64,000 nt of DNA from a virus. Taxonomy: Duplodnaviria > Heunggongvirae > Uroviricota > Caudoviricetes. Made by a program: the position numbers and the translations under genes. The notes beneath the pieces were generated by a model. That model was not told where the DNA came from. It did no database searches and saw only the letters and a program-made list of their open reading frames with translations. Shown here piece by piece: positions 27,886-36,199 of the stretch. The stretch lies in IMG/VR virus record IMGVR_UViG_3300029705_000015, one strand, 5' to 3'. How positions within the stretch are numbered: the first letter of the stretch is position 1; every line of letters begins with the position of its first letter.

Positions 27886-30222
27886 ATGTACGGAAATGTA
27901 TATCAAGGAATTACTTGGATAATTCCGTTTGCTGAACAAGTTAATTATCCTCTGAGTAGTGGTAGTGACTTTGGGCCAAGAGCTCAGTTTGCAACATCAG
28001 ATGGGCAATATTCCACAACTAATCATAGAGGACTTGATCTCAATCCAAAGAGCAATCTCATTGTTGATGCAGACAATGTTGAAGTTCTAGCAACAAGAGC
28101 GGGAACAGTCACAAGTGTTGGAGGAAATGCAACTTATGGTGCAGGATACTATGTTTACATAGATCATGGAGATGGCTATAAGTCACATTACTTTCATCTA
28201 AAACAGAATTCAATAGTTGTTAAAGTTGGTGATGAAGTTGCTCAAGGGCAGAAGATTGCTATAAGGGGTACAACTGGATCGTCAACTGGAAGGCATCTTC
28301 ACTTTGGTGTTACTAAAACTGGAGATATTCCTTCGGGTTTGAATACAATCAGTTATAATGGCTCCGTCTATGTCGATCCCGAACCGTTGATCCTTGGTTC
28401 TGGATCAAGTAATGAAGTTTCTATAGTGTCTGCTCCTACTGTTGTTGAAGATATGGATGATCCTCATGATGGTGTTGATTTCACAGGCTTAACATATTCA
28501 AGTGAAAACAGACCACATTTCTGTTTACAATCGGATAGTACTTGTTATGTTGGTACAACAACTTTGGATTCTATCAAAGGTATTGTTGTGCATACTACAA
28601 ACACATTTGATGACACAGTAAGAAGGTTCATACAGCCATCAGACAGTGCAACTAACAAAGATGATATGTTATTGTTGATAGGAACTAACTCTAACAAAAA
28701 TGACTGGAACCATTGTGCAAGTTCTGAATGTTTTCATGCAGTTATCGGTAAACTGGCTGATGATACAGTATCTACAGTTCAAGCCCTTCCGTGGAATTAT
28801 CGTGCTTGGGGATGCGGAACTGGTACTGCCGGAACTCTTAATGACGGATGGATCCAAATTTTACTTTGTGAAGACAGTTTACATGATAAAGATTACTTCG
28901 AAGCTGTTTACTCAGAGTTGTGTGATCTAGTTGCGTATCTTTGTAGATTATTCAAACTTGATGTAAGAGGCTCTGCAAGTTGTGGCAACGTTAGTACAAG
29001 CGTACTGCTTACTCACAATGAGGCATATAGAGCTAAACTAGCTTCTTCAGCTCAAGATACTGTTAACTGGTTTTCAAAATTCAATGAATCAACGATTTCT
29101 CTGAAAAATAATGTTGCTCATATACTTAGTGGAAATAGTGTAACAAACATTCCTGTTGATTCTCTTGTTAAGATCAAAGAGGGAGCTGTTGCTAGAAATG
29201 GTTCTGATGTTCAAAATTGGATGAGAACAAAGAAGTGGATTGTTGAAGAGTCGGCAGAGAATGAAATTTATTGCTTACTTGGTGCTTGTGAAGATCCAGC
29301 TGCTCCAAGACTTGATCTATATTTCTTAAAGTCTGATCTTGAAATAACTACCGCAACAGAAGATACAACAAATCAAACTCCTGTAGTTGAAGACTCAGAT
29401 GCAGCTAAGATCTGGAACATGTTGTATGCTGATATTCAGAACAAGTATGGTGTTGCTGGATTGATGGGTAACTTATATCATGAGTCTGGTTTACGATCAA
29501 ACAATATGGAAAATTCATATGCCTCTAAAGTAACAGGTAAAACTGGAAATGAAGCAGATGAGATCTATACTAAGTGGGTTGATGATGGAACGTATACAGA
29601 GTTTGACTGGGACAAGGTTGGATACGGATTAGCTCAATGGACATACTCAAATAAAGCAAGAACCTCAAGCAGGAAGAAAAACTTGCGAGAATACATCAAA
29701 GGAAAATCCGGAAATCTGTCAATTAGTGACAGAGATGCGCAAGTTGAGTTCTTGATAAAAGAGTTGAAAGAAAGTTACAGATCTTGTTACAATGTTTTAA
29801 CATCTGCAACTAATGTTCAAGAAGCTTCTGATAAAATCTTAACTGATTTTGAAAATCCTGCAGATCAAAGTGATTCAGTTAAGCGGAACAGGGCAAGCAA
29901 AGGACAAGAGTATCTGGATAGTTATCAGACCGTTTGTTCTCATCAGAATACACAAGGTGTGCCTACAACAAAACTTGTTGATGCTGTTCCTGCAACATGT
30001 ACAACAAACGGATATTCTGGTGACACCATCTGTACTCAGTGTAACAAAGTTTTACAGTATGGTAAGGTTTTAACAAAAACTTCTCATGATCTGGATTGGA
30101 GAGGAATTTGTAATACTTGTGGTTTCATTGACGACTCTTATGTATTTGAAGAATTGGTATCGAGAAATGATTTATATGCAATTCGTAAAGTGCTCAAATC
30201 AATGCTTGATAGAAATAGTTGA
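27886..30222 (+). CDS. multi-domain cell-wall hydrolase: M23 peptidase + amidase-like + phage tail lysozyme + Cys-rich module
   Basis: HRGLDL...GSSTGRHLHF; amidase paralog of 4543; AGLMGNLYHESGL...GYGLAQWT...FENP. Confidence 0.85.
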   Translation: MYGNVYQGITWIIPFAEQVNYPLSSGSDFGPRAQFATSDGQYSTTNHRGLDLNPKSNLIVDADNVEVLATRAGTVTSVGGNATYGAGYYVYIDHGDGYKSHYFHLKQNSIVVKVGDEVAQGQKIAIRGTTGSSTGRHLHFGVTKTGDIPSGLNTISYNGSVYVDPEPLILGSGSSNEVSIVSAPTVVEDMDDPHDGVDFTGLTYSSENRPHFCLQSDSTCYVGTTTLDSIKGIVVHTTNTFDDTVRRFIQPSDSATNKDDMLLLIGTNSNKNDWNHCASSECFHAVIGKLADDTVSTVQALPWNYRAWGCGTGTAGTLNDGWIQILLCEDSLHDKDYFEAVYSELCDLVAYLCRLFKLDVRGSASCGNVSTSVLLTHNEAYRAKLASSAQDTVNWFSKFNESTISLKNNVAHILSGNSVTNIPVDSLVKIKEGAVARNGSDVQNWMRTKKWIVEESAENEIYCLLGACEDPAAPRLDLYFLKSDLEITTATEDTTNQTPVVEDSDAAKIWNMLYADIQNKYGVAGLMGNLYHESGLRSNNMENSYASKVTGKTGNEADEIYTKWVDDGTYTEFDWDKVGYGLAQWTYSNKARTSSRKKNLREYIKGKSGNLSISDRDAQVEFLIKELKESYRSCYNVLTSATNVQEASDKILTDFENPADQSDSVKRNRASKGQEYLDSYQTVCSHQNTQGVPTTKLVDAVPATCTTNGYSGDTICTQCNKVLQYGKVLTKTSHDLDWRGICNTCGFIDDSYVFEELVSRNDLYAIRKVLKSMLDRNS

Positions 30223-30233
30223 AAGGAACTTAC

Positions 30234-32093
30234 ATGAGTTCTATAACTTATGATTTTATTGTTGGTGATGTTGTTCAGATAACTGGCAAATCATCATATG
30301 ATGGATCTGCTCTTGATTCGAGAAAAATTGGCAACAATATGAACTGGATCATAACAGCTGTGGATCATAAACTAAGTATGGCTGTACTTGGAAAATATAG
30401 AGCATTCGGGTTACCGTATGCACACAATCCTGCTCTAGTTGTACATATGAAAGATCTTAAAATGGTTCAAGACGCTTGTAGACATAGTGAAACAAGAGTT
30501 CTTGAAGCAATTCCACCATCCTGTTGTAATTCTGGAAAGACACAAGGATTGCAATGTGCTCTTTGTGGAGAAATACTTTCTGAACAACTATTAGTTGATC
30601 CACTCGGACATCAGTTTGAAAGTGATTATGATGCCGGTAAAAGAACTTGTATGCTGTGCAAAGTGGAAGAATACATTCCAAAAAAGAATGTTGAGTTAAC
30701 AAAGAAAGATCTGGAATCACTAATATCAATAATTGATAACATGCTTGAGGATGGAAACGCAGAAGATAAGGGTGTTGAATTAACATTACCTGATGCTAGT
30801 TTTTCATATGTTAATTCTTCTTATGGTCATGCGACAGCTGAATACATATCAAAAGATCTTAACGGCTTCTTTAGAAAAGCAACATCTGATACAACGCATA
30901 AGTTGCCATTGATTGTTTGGTTTCATGACATAGCTGCAATAGGAATGACTAAAGATCAATTTAACAAGGACACCGTTTCAAAATCTATTGTAAGTGGTAA
31001 AAGTGGATTCAAAGCTCACCTTTTTGCTCCTCAACTTCCTCAAGGAAGCTGGATGGAGTATAAAACACAGTTCTTCAACACCATTGAATATCTCATCAAT
31101 ACTTACAGCATTGATACCCGTAAAATTGTTTTAATGGGAGCAGGATTGGGTGGATCCGCAGTTCAGTTTTTCGCTTATCAGCGTCCTGAATATTTTTCTG
31201 CATTTGTAGTAATTGATGGACACACTGCATATGTAGATCTAGATTCGTTAAGTGATCGTTCTGGAGACTTCTATCTATATTCAACAGGAACAGTTTCACA
31301 TATGAATCAGTTGAGTGACAGACTTAATGATGCAGTTGAAGTCGTTGATTCAGTTAATACAGCTGTTACTTATGCATTTTCAAATGTTGGAACTTTGTTA
31401 AGTAAAAATGCACCAAGTTCTGAGGAGCCCGAATGCCCGTTTGAAGTTATGGTTCTTTCAAACAAAGTTTTGTTGAAATCTGATTCCACCACTGATTCAG
31501 AGCCAGTTGAGAATCAAGCCGCACTAAGAGGTCATAAGTTAAAAATTGTTAAGACACAAGAGAGTCAGAACTACTTATGGGGAAGACTTGATTCGAGCAT
31601 CTGGGAACCGTTGGAAACTGAGGGAAATGTGACAAGTTCAGCGGCGTGTTGGATACCTCTTGAAAATACAAATTACTTTAACAACGAAATCATAGACGAT
31701 AGTGAGATGATTGTTCCTTGTTGTTATAACAGTTTTGGAAAAACTTTTGCAATCTATCGCTCTAATGGTGCGGAATATCAACACACCGGAATTGATTTAC
31801 AAGCCCCTAGAGGTACCCCTGTATATGCGGTCGCTAGTGGTTACGTTAGTGAGATATCTTCCACATTATTGGATGGTAACAAGCTAACAATTGAACACGA
31901 CGATGGTATGACTTCTATCTATAGCCACATAAATTCCATATCTGAGTTCTTTGTTGGTAAAAGAATTCAACTTGGAGAGATGGTTGGTAAAATAGGAGAT
32001 ACTGTTGTTGAAGAAGATCCACATCTACATTTTGAAATAAAAGATTCCAGTGGAATATTTGTAAATCCAAAAGAATACATCGAGTTTATCTGA
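30234..32093 (+). CDS. multi-domain protein: Cys-rich module + degenerate alpha/beta hydrolase + M23 peptidase
   Basis: PLIVWFH...APQ...ID..KIVLMGAGLGG; C-terminal HTGIDL...YSH...PHLHFEI. Confidence 0.75.
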   Translation: MSSITYDFIVGDVVQITGKSSYDGSALDSRKIGNNMNWIITAVDHKLSMAVLGKYRAFGLPYAHNPALVVHMKDLKMVQDACRHSETRVLEAIPPSCCNSGKTQGLQCALCGEILSEQLLVDPLGHQFESDYDAGKRTCMLCKVEEYIPKKNVELTKKDLESLISIIDNMLEDGNAEDKGVELTLPDASFSYVNSSYGHATAEYISKDLNGFFRKATSDTTHKLPLIVWFHDIAAIGMTKDQFNKDTVSKSIVSGKSGFKAHLFAPQLPQGSWMEYKTQFFNTIEYLINTYSIDTRKIVLMGAGLGGSAVQFFAYQRPEYFSAFVVIDGHTAYVDLDSLSDRSGDFYLYSTGTVSHMNQLSDRLNDAVEVVDSVNTAVTYAFSNVGTLLSKNAPSSEEPECPFEVMVLSNKVLLKSDSTTDSEPVENQAALRGHKLKIVKTQESQNYLWGRLDSSIWEPLETEGNVTSSAACWIPLENTNYFNNEIIDDSEMIVPCCYNSFGKTFAIYRSNGAEYQHTGIDLQAPRGTPVYAVASGYVSEISSTLLDGNKLTIEHDDGMTSIYSHINSISEFFVGKRIQLGEMVGKIGDTVVEEDPHLHFEIKDSSGIFVNPKEYIEFI

Positions 32094-32100
32094 AATATAC

Positions 32101-32110
32101 TGTATATAAT
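32101..32110 (+). promoter_or_regulatory. putative phage-specific late promoter motif TGTATATAA (representative copy)
   Basis: Intergenic copies at 32101, 37289, 44524, 45520, 53561, 58478, 62063 and 62758; TGTATATAT variants at 6635, 27838, 33149 and about 6545-6553 (-). Confidence 0.6.
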
Positions 32111-32143
32111 ACATATCATTCTTTATGAGAAAGGTAATATTAT

Positions 32144-32752
32144 ATGGCAGAATTCTGTAAGGACTGTTTCAAGAAGTTGGAACCTTCAATAGAAGAACAG
32201 CTGCTTGTTATGAGTCAAGATGAGGAATTGTGTGAGGGTTGTGGTGAAACAAAACAGATTGTTGTTGAAGTTAAGATTCCAGAGCCTACAATGACTGTTG
32301 CAGAATGTCAAGTTGAAACTCAGAAACATATTGAAATGGTTCGTAAGTATATTCGATTCATGATTGACAAGATTGAAACACGTGGTGTAAAACATGATGC
32401 TTCAAAACTTGAATCTCCTGAAGTTGAATTATTCACACAATATACTCCGAAATTATCTTCTACTACTTACGGTAGTGAAGAATATCAAAGTTATCTTGAA
32501 GGCTTAAAGCCTGCATTAGATCATCATTACGCAAGTAACAGACACCATCCCGAGCACTTTGTTAACGGTGTCAATGATATGACTCTAGTTGATATCATTG
32601 AAATGTTCTGTGACTGGAAAGCAAGTACACACAGAATGAATGATGGTAATTTGTTAAAGAGTATTGATGTCAATGCAGAAAGATTCAAGATTGACAAACA
32701 GTTAAAACAAATATTTGTAAACACTGCTCGTATGATTGACGAGCATGAATAA
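32144..32752 (+). CDS. DUF5662-like HD-related phage protein with N-terminal Zn motif
   Basis: HI..V...HDASKL...HHY..NRHHPEHF..G...M.L.D..EM.CDW.A. Confidence 0.7.
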   Translation: MAEFCKDCFKKLEPSIEEQLLVMSQDEELCEGCGETKQIVVEVKIPEPTMTVAECQVETQKHIEMVRKYIRFMIDKIETRGVKHDASKLESPEVELFTQYTPKLSSTTYGSEEYQSYLEGLKPALDHHYASNRHHPEHFVNGVNDMTLVDIIEMFCDWKASTHRMNDGNLLKSIDVNAERFKIDKQLKQIFVNTARMIDEHE

Positions 32753-32774
32753 AATGTAAAGGACGGAAGTTAAA

Positions 32775-33083
32775 ATGAACTGGGATGTAGTATTAACTAT
32801 CGCAGCAAGCTTGTGTACCCTGATTGCCGCATTTATCGGCTATTATCTGTACATCAAGAGAGAGATTGAGTCTCGTGTTCCTGATGCCATTAACGGCGCT
32901 GAAGATACAGGAATGGCTGGAGCCGAGAAGTTCGAGGAAGCTGTTGCAACAATTTATGCTCTGATTCCTGCTGTTGTTAAGCCATTCATTACAAGAACTC
33001 TTGTTGAAGAGCTTGTTCAGAGTGTGTTTGACAAGATGGAAGATTATGCAAAGAAACAGCTTGATAAGAAAGCAGCTGAGTAA
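32775..33083 (+). CDS. putative holin (LL-H-like)
   Basis: One N-terminal TM segment, then AE....G.EK...A pattern. Confidence 0.6.
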   Translation: MNWDVVLTIAASLCTLIAAFIGYYLYIKREIESRVPDAINGAEDTGMAGAEKFEEAVATIYALIPAVVKPFITRTLVEELVQSVFDKMEDYAKKQLDKKAAE

Positions 33084-33097
33084 TCTAGTTAAAGTAT

Positions 33098-33134
33098 AAA
33101 TGATTGCACACAATCTTGTGTGCAATCATTTTTT
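33098..33134 (+). terminator. intrinsic terminator
   Basis: 16-bp inverted repeat plus T tract. Confidence 0.8.
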
Positions 33135-33138
33135 GTTA

Positions 33139-33167
33139 TTGACTTTCGTGTATATATATTATATAAT
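33139..33167 (+). promoter_or_regulatory. sigmaA-type promoter overlapping a TGTATATA motif
   Basis: TTGACT-N17-TATAAT. Confidence 0.6.
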
Positions 33168-33196
33168 TATGTAAACTACTACAAGGAAATACTGAA

Positions 33197-34024
33197 ATGA
33201 AAGTACAAAAACTATCAGAGTCCTTTAACATTAGAAAGATTGACTCAACAGAGTTGAATGAGGAACTCTTGCTTGAAGATCCACACATAGATAGATCGAG
33301 AATGGATAGAGCGAAAGCAAAACAAGATAGAGAAAAACAAAAAGCTGAAAAGAAAGCTCAGAAAGCTCTTGAGAAAGATTTTGCTAACGCAACAAAACGA
33401 GCAAAATTTTACATAGATAATAACTACAGTAAACCATATTCTCAAGCAGAGTGGCGTGCATTGATTGATAAGATGCAAAAGAAATTTGATGACGAGGATG
33501 ATCGTATTGCTCAGATGGAACAGCCAGCTGATATGAATGATGCCTCTCATCCAACTAATAAAGCAAGAGCTAAGAACGATGCGGCTAGAAAGAAATTTGA
33601 TGCTCAAATCTACAATGCCATTGTTGTTGCCGAAGAAGGACATTACATTCGTAGAGGCGGTGAATATCTTGAGCGTCAGTTAATTCCTTTCAGCCCTGGA
33701 CACAACGATAAAATTACTACTGGTTACTTCATGGAGCCTTATAAGTACAAAGGAAGCTCTAGTGGCAGCTCAAAAACAAAGAGCAGTGGTACTAAATCGT
33801 CCGGCACAAGAACAAGATCAGGTAAGATGACGGAAACAAGTTTCAAGAAGTTCCAGAGACTTGGTAAGCTCACGGGTATGCAGTTATTCGATGCAGAAAA
33901 TAAACCTGTTGAACTTGATGCTGCTACTTTGGATGCACTTCCTACATATACAATTCAAGTTGGCTCAGTTAAGATGGATGCAGCTTCTTGGCTATCAGAT
34001 GCAAGAAAAGCTGGTATCATATAA
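33197..34024 (+). CDS. basic protein with MKVQKLSES leader (putative capsid-internal DNA-binding protein)
   Basis: N-terminal KLSES...ELNEELLLED followed by a Lys-rich body. Confidence 0.5.
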   Translation: MKVQKLSESFNIRKIDSTELNEELLLEDPHIDRSRMDRAKAKQDREKQKAEKKAQKALEKDFANATKRAKFYIDNNYSKPYSQAEWRALIDKMQKKFDDEDDRIAQMEQPADMNDASHPTNKARAKNDAARKKFDAQIYNAIVVAEEGHYIRRGGEYLERQLIPFSPGHNDKITTGYFMEPYKYKGSSSGSSKTKSSGTKSSGTRTRSGKMTETSFKKFQRLGKLTGMQLFDAENKPVELDAATLDALPTYTIQVGSVKMDAASWLSDARKAGII

Positions 34025-34068
34025 ATAATTTTCAGTATTTCTATAAATAATATATTGAGGGATTTACA

Positions 34069-35307
34069 ATGAATGAACTTATTGTTGTAACATACAAGTT
34101 ACCTGCCAGTGAATGGGTGAAGCAGATGTACGGTGACAATGTGGATCATGTTTATGATTGTGTTGCTTACCACAACGATCCTCTTTCCGAGACAGAGATC
34201 AAGAAGTTGAAACGCAAGTATACTGAAGTTGAAACTTTCTTGTGTGATCTTGCATCTTATGATGCATTTGTCGATAACGAAACAGCTTATGAGGAATTTG
34301 TAAAAACTGGTGTATGTCCTCTAAAACCTGTTCAGGAAGCTGTCGATGTTGGCACTGACTCCAAAACTGTAAACATTGAGTGCAATGTTCGTATCGAACG
34401 AGCTAATCCTGATAGTTCTTTTGATTACAATGTTGATACTGATGACGTAGGTCAGATTGTATTTACTCCTTATGATGTTGGAACAAGATTCTGCCATTCA
34501 GGAGAAGATGTTGTCGAAGGTGAAAACATTAAGTTTGAAACTGTTAAACTAACAGCTCATATGATTTCAGACGTTGATGATTATGACTACTCAATGGATA
34601 CTGATGATATTGGACAGTTTGTAATAACTCCTATTGCAGAAGGAACTTCCTTCTTAAGTGTATCTGTTAACGATTCTCTAAATCTTGTTACAGAAGGGGC
34701 TGAGGAAATTGCTGTTGATCCAGAAGATGTTTCTGAATTCAATGTTGGAGACAGAGTTATTGTTCATTTCAACGGAAATGATCGTCCTGGTGTGATTGTT
34801 GATCTTGTTTCTGAAGATCCGATGGACTCCTATACAGGAGCTGACTCAGGTGACTTTGAGGCTTGGGTTGTTCGTTTTGATGATGGTACACAAGAAATGA
34901 TCGGGGCTTGTTATATGACTCATGAAAATCAACTGACTGAAGCAAGAGACTTTGAGTGGACTCAGAAAGAGTTGTATGCTGTTGTTAAGGACGATGGCAC
35001 TTACGCAGGTATTCCTTGTACTGGTTACGAAGAAGCTCAACAACTATCATACAATCATGAGGGTTCAAGAATCTTTAGATTAGTTCTGACAATCACCGAG
35101 GAGTTAACTGAGGACATGGATCATCAGGATATTGTAAACAAAGTTATGCGTGGAGATATTTCAGTGTTTAGCGGCGAGGGTGAGCCGGAAGAAAATTTCA
35201 TTCGTATTCCAGAGCTGGATAACAAGCACGGAATGTTGAAATTTGAATACTACTATGATCCGGAGTCAGACTCTGTTGTTTCTTATTCAAGATCAAGATT
35301 GGATTAA
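34069..35307 (+). CDS. acidic multi-module protein (putative capsid cargo)
   Basis: Internal duplication (DYNVDTDDVGQIVFTP / DYSMDTDDIGQFVITP); SH3-like barrel; LVTEG, QLTEAR and ELTED linkers. Confidence 0.55.
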   Translation: MNELIVVTYKLPASEWVKQMYGDNVDHVYDCVAYHNDPLSETEIKKLKRKYTEVETFLCDLASYDAFVDNETAYEEFVKTGVCPLKPVQEAVDVGTDSKTVNIECNVRIERANPDSSFDYNVDTDDVGQIVFTPYDVGTRFCHSGEDVVEGENIKFETVKLTAHMISDVDDYDYSMDTDDIGQFVITPIAEGTSFLSVSVNDSLNLVTEGAEEIAVDPEDVSEFNVGDRVIVHFNGNDRPGVIVDLVSEDPMDSYTGADSGDFEAWVVRFDDGTQEMIGACYMTHENQLTEARDFEWTQKELYAVVKDDGTYAGIPCTGYEEAQQLSYNHEGSRIFRLVLTITEELTEDMDHQDIVNKVMRGDISVFSGEGEPEENFIRIPELDNKHGMLKFEYYYDPESDSVVSYSRSRLD

Positions 35308-35310
35308 CAT

Positions 35311-35604
35311 ATGAGCATATTCAATGAGCTGTTTAAGTTAGAATCAAAAGAGCTCAAAAGATATAGCGTCATGAACGAGGATAACGAGGAGGAGGGAGTT
35401 GAATGGTTGATTCAATTCCAACTTGCCTCTGATGAATTTGATGACTCTTTTGATCAAGACTACAAAGAAGAAGTAGTAATTGTTGCTCCTGATTTTGATA
35501 CTGCGTACAAGTATGCTCAGCAGTATGTGAGAAAGATGCAACTTGATTCTGAAACTTCAGCACAATGGAAAGGTGCCGAAATTGTTTCAGTTGATAAAAG
35601 GTAA
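35311..35604 (+). CDS. acidic hypothetical protein
   Basis: ORF in the same cluster; FKLES and VMNED motifs. Confidence 0.55.
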   Translation: MSIFNELFKLESKELKRYSVMNEDNEEEGVEWLIQFQLASDEFDDSFDQDYKEEVVIVAPDFDTAYKYAQQYVRKMQLDSETSAQWKGAEIVSVDKR

Positions 35605-35619
35605 CTGTTATTATATAAT
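35589..35619 (+). promoter_or_regulatory. sigmaA-type promoter
   Basis: AG-TTGATA-N17-TATAAT. Confidence 0.65.
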
Positions 35620-35639
35620 ATAAGTATGAAGGATAAAGA

Positions 35640-36188
35640 ATGAAATTCAAGAAATTATCACTTGATGAGTCCTTATTTGAGGATAACTTGAATTGGGTAC
35701 CTGCTCCTCATGATCCTAATGTACTAGTAATTGGAGCTAGTGACTATGATGATGAATTTGTTGCGGCTGAACTTCCTGAAGAGGATATGCAAGGTCCAGA
35801 ATCCGGAAGCGACGCAGGTGTGACTGATTTACTTATTTCTGCAATCAATGATGAGTGGAGCACGATTAGGTCTTATAATTCTCTGATTGAGACTTTGAAG
35901 TATGAGTCTGCAAATAATCCGGATTATGCAGCGTTCATTCAGATTTTGAATGAAATTAACGCAGAGGAAAACAAACACGTAGGTCAGCTTCAGGAAATTC
36001 TTGCTAAATTGTCTCCTAACGCACAGTACATTGATCGTGGTCGTGAAGAGGGAAGATCTCAATTTCATTTTACAAATGGTCAACTACAAGTTGAATCATG
36101 GCAAACAACTAAAGCACCGCAAGTAGCAACAGATACAGTAAGCGGTGATGATGTATGTACATTAACAGATGTTGATGACGATATTTGA
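35640..36188 (+). CDS. ferritin-like (di-iron four-helix) domain protein with MKFKKLSLDES leader
   Basis: AINDEWSTIRSY...ILNEINAEENKHVGQLQEIL (E..Y and EExxH). Confidence 0.7.
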   Translation: MKFKKLSLDESLFEDNLNWVPAPHDPNVLVIGASDYDDEFVAAELPEEDMQGPESGSDAGVTDLLISAINDEWSTIRSYNSLIETLKYESANNPDYAAFIQILNEINAEENKHVGQLQEILAKLSPNAQYIDRGREEGRSQFHFTNGQLQVESWQTTKAPQVATDTVSGDDVCTLTDVDDDI

Positions 36189-36199
36189 GGGAGGTACTA

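Noticed and set aside
34020-34049. Two TATAAATA T4 late-promoter boxes
   Set aside because: Noticed only in this one AT-rich gap and not before the capsid or fibre operons, where TGTATATAA recurs instead; may be chance.
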